A stretch of 64,000 nt of DNA from Mycobacteriales bacterium. Its GTDB lineage: Bacteria; Actinomycetota; Actinomycetes; Mycobacteriales; Nakamurellaceae. The position numbers were made by a program, and so were the translations under genes. The notes below the pieces were generated by a model that had not been told where the DNA came from, did no database searches, and was given only the letters and a program-made list of their open reading frames with translations. The stretch spans positions 7,326-71,325 of the forward strand of contig JBBRDH010000003.1 in the NCBI GenBank assembly GCA_038204125.1. The letters run 5' to 3'. This document shows positions 61,517-64,000 of the stretch, piece after piece (the first letter of the stretch is position 1; each line of letters starts with the position of its first letter).

Positions 61517-62527
61517 TTACTTCGTGGTGGGAACTCCCGACGGCGCTGTGCGGGGAAGGTCGGACCGGGCCGTCGTGGGAACACCGGACGGCGCAGCTGC
61601 GAACCGGAGATCCGGGGCCGGCCCGGCCGGCAGCATGAGTTGCGGAGCGTCGGTGATGTCGAACCGGATTCCGTAGAGCGAAGCCAGGGACGAGAGGCGG
61701 CCGAACCCCGTGGTGCCGACGAAGTTGACGTGCATCGCCGACGGACTCCCGACGGCGTTGATGGTGATCGGCCAGAACACCGGCCGGTTGTCCACCAGGA
61801 TCGCCCCGCCGGCCTGCCGGATTGCACTGGTGGTGCGGAGCCTGATGCCGCCGATCGAGATCGCTTCGGCACCGGCCGACCACAGTCCGTTGACCAGCAG
61901 CTGGATATCGCGGTCGAGGATGGCGCCGCGCACTGCGGTCGGGGGCGCGATCACCTGGCTGGGACCGGCTGTCACACCGACTGGCGGCCCATCGATCAGA
62001 ACAGTCAGCCCTGGCCCGGTCACAGCGGTCTGAGCGCCCTGCACCGCCAGGCTCTGTACCTTCTGCAGCGGGCCGGCGGCTCCGAGAGCCGCCTGGCTGG
62101 ACCGGATCTCCGAGCCGAGCGAAGTGGCCAGTGCCGCCAACTGGCCCTGCCGACTCTGCGCCTGCTCGATATCGCCGATCAGCGCCTCGCGAGTCGCCCG
62201 GGCGCCCAGGGCGGAATCCCTCCTGACCCCGGCCGCGATCCCGAAAATGGCGCCGACGACGAGCACAGTCACCGCGACCAGGGCAGCGGCCCGACGGCGG
62301 CTGCTCCGGTCGGGTGGAGCCCCGGCGGTCCGGCGGGCGGCGGCCGCGTATCCGGGGTCGAGATGGTCGTTGACCAGGGACTCGAGCAGCGGCCGCCGGG
62401 ACCGGGACACGGGGGTCGGCCCCTGCGATGTAGGCCCGGGTCCCGGAGCGACTTCCGGCCCCGGTCCGGCCCGTTGTCCCGGCTCCGGTCCTGGCTGTTG
62501 TTCCGGCTCGGGTTCAGCCACCTGCAA
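61517..62527 (-). CDS. DUF881 domain protein
   Basis: DHLDPGYAAAA, VTGPGLTV, DRDIQLLVNGLWSAGAEAISIGG.RL. Confidence 0.9.
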   Translation of the reverse strand: MQVAEPEPEQQPGPEPGQRAGPGPEVAPGPGPTSQGPTPVSRSRRPLLESLVNDHLDPGYAAAARRTAGAPPDRSSRRRAAALVAVTVLVVGAIFGIAAGVRRDSALGARATREALIGDIEQAQSRQGQLAALATSLGSEIRSSQAALGAAGPLQKVQSLAVQGAQTAVTGPGLTVLIDGPPVGVTAGPSQVIAPPTAVRGAILDRDIQLLVNGLWSAGAEAISIGGIRLRTTSAIRQAGGAILVDNRPVFWPITINAVGSPSAMHVNFVGTTGFGRLSSLASLYGIRFDITDAPQLMLPAGPAPDLRFAAAPSGVPTTARSDLPRTAPSGVPTTK

Positions 62528-63371
62528 CTCCGGTGTCCTGCGCCGGTGTTCGGCCCGGTGGCGCGGACGCCCGGCGCGGGGCCAGCGGGGTTCGCCGGAT
62601 CACCCACGTCACCTGCCGTGCGTACAAGGCGCCCGACCAGAGATACAGCACCACCCCCCACACGGTGAACGCGATCCCGAACGGCAGGGTGAGGTGGGCG
62701 AGCGTCGATCCACCCCCCGTCGATCCACCCCCCGTCGATCCAGCCCCGGTCGATCCAGCCCCGGTCGATCCACCCAGGGCGAGCAGCAGCAGGGGAAAGG
62801 CGTACAGCAGGCAGAAGGTGGCCGCCTTGCCGATGTAGTGGACCGGCAGTGCCGGGTATCCGTGCCGGCGGACGATCGGGACCCCGACAGCCAGTATCGC
62901 ATCGCGGCCGACGATGAGCGCCGCCACCCACCACGGAAGGAAGCCGCGGACCACGAAGGCGACCAGCGTGGCGAAGATGTACAGCCGGTCGGCCGCCGGA
63001 TCGAGCAGTTCGCCGAGCTTGCTGTACTGCCCGAGCAGCCGGGCGAGCTTGCCGTCCGCCCAGTCGGTAACGGCCGACATGGCCAGCACGGCGAACGCCC
63101 AGCCGTCCCGGTGGGGGGTGGCGAGCAACAGCCAGAGGAACACGGGGACCCCGAGCAGCCGGAGCGCCGACAAGGCATTGGGGATGGTGAGAATCCGGTC
63201 GGACGAATGAGCCTCGTCGCTGCCCAGCCGGACCTTCGGCTCGTCGGTGATCGGTGGCTCGGAGATCGCCGAGAGTTCGGCGCCGCCTGTTGGCACGCCG
63301 GGCGCGGCCTGCGTGGGGCGGGCGGTAGGGCCGCCAGGACCGGTCGGCGTACCGGCCGACCCATCGGACAC
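62514..63371 (-). CDS. CDP-alcohol phosphatidyltransferase (PgsA2-like)
   Basis: TIPNALS.LRL, TDWADGKLAR..GQ.S.LG.LLDP.ADR, GKAATF. Confidence 0.95.
   Translation of the reverse strand: MSDGSAGTPTGPGGPTARPTQAAPGVPTGGAELSAISEPPITDEPKVRLGSDEAHSSDRILTIPNALSALRLLGVPVFLWLLLATPHRDGWAFAVLAMSAVTDWADGKLARLLGQYSKLGELLDPAADRLYIFATLVAFVVRGFLPWWVAALIVGRDAILAVGVPIVRRHGYPALPVHYIGKAATFCLLYAFPLLLLALGGSTGAGSTGAGSTGGGSTGGGSTLAHLTLPFGIAFTVWGVVLYLWSGALYARQVTWVIRRTPLAPRRASAPPGRTPAQDTGVAGG
62704..62775. repeat. 15-bp tandem repeat x5 (GSTGA/GSTGG)
   Basis: GTCGATCCASCCCCS-like units read directly. Confidence 0.9.
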
Positions 63372-63566
63372 CGGTCCACCTTTCCTCGCCTGCGATACCA
63401 GCGCAGCTTAGTTCAGGTCCGCCGCAGCAGAGGGCGACGGAGTTCCAGCTCGGCCAAGATCGGGCCCATCCGAGCAGACGTTTCGTCAGCCGAGCAACAG
63501 TTCCAGGGCCCAGCACGAGGTGCTCGGACCGTACAACGTTGCTCGGATCATCAGGCGGCCGGCAGA

Positions 63567-64000
63567 TCAGCGGTGCAACATGAGCAGGGCGTAGGCGGCA
63601 ATCGTTGCGGCGTCGATGATCTCGCCGTTGATGATCATCGCGCGAAATACGCCCTCGGTGACCTCGCGGTGCACCATGTCGGCCTCGGAGGGTTCGCGGG
63701 CATGCGCCCCGGCGATCAGTCCGGTGGCGTGGAAGATGTCGAATCCCTGCGAGCAGAACCCGACGGCCTCGTTCAGCCGGCCCAGGTGGCGCCAGCTGCC
63801 GGCGGTGAACCCGGTCTCCTCCCGCAACTCCGCTTTGGCCAACTCGAGCGCCGTACCGCCCGCGCTGCCGACCGGCCAACCACCCATCGGGAACTCCCAG
63901 GAGCGGCGGGCGATCGGATAACGGTACTGCTCGACCAGGTGGAAGGACCCTTCGTGCTCCGGGATGACGATCGCGAAATCGTTCTTGTCGACCACTCCGT
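63567..64000 (-). CDS. NUDIX hydrolase (5' truncated by window end)
   Basis: LVEQYRYP, WEFPMG, AKAELREETG Nudix box. Confidence 0.92.
   Translation of the reverse strand, partial: GVVDKNDFAIVIPEHEGSFHLVEQYRYPIARRSWEFPMGGWPVGSAGGTALELAKAELREETGFTAGSWRHLGRLNEAVGFCSQGFDIFHATGLIAGAHAREPSEADMVHREVTEGVFRAMIINGEIIDAATIAAYALLMLHR

Overview
High-GC actinomycete chromosome segment, mostly core genes. In order: MoxR AAA/DUF58/transglutaminase operon, DUF3040, dinB, methyltransferase, ParA-like, SAV_6107-like HEPN, GNAT, DUF885, SBP-vWA pair; nrdJ-nrdR-LysM/lexA; tatA, hflX-dapF-miaA-DUF349-miaB-rny-recX-recA-DUF3046-pspM/pspA; an accessory patch at about 39-46 kb; gcvP with a tandem glycine riboswitch; and the conserved pgsA-DUF881-DUF1290-DUF881-gcvH-garA-merR-DUF151-merR-gcvP block. 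That block is interrupted by a SigC-like ECF sigma / membrane anti-sigma / YcnI / CopCD module whose anti-sigma and ycnI genes share the promoter motif GGAACT-N16-CGACT. This is the best candidate for an under-described system. Also seen: LexA, PafBC-type and NrdR sites; a ~60-bp REP-like palindrome family; 14-bp intergenic arrays; many 15-nt in-frame duplications; three Cys-patterned septum-formation-like paralogs; a 29-aa sORF. No tRNA, rRNA, CRISPR array, transposase or integrase was recognised. All family assignments are by motif recognition and recalled synteny; no database search was run.
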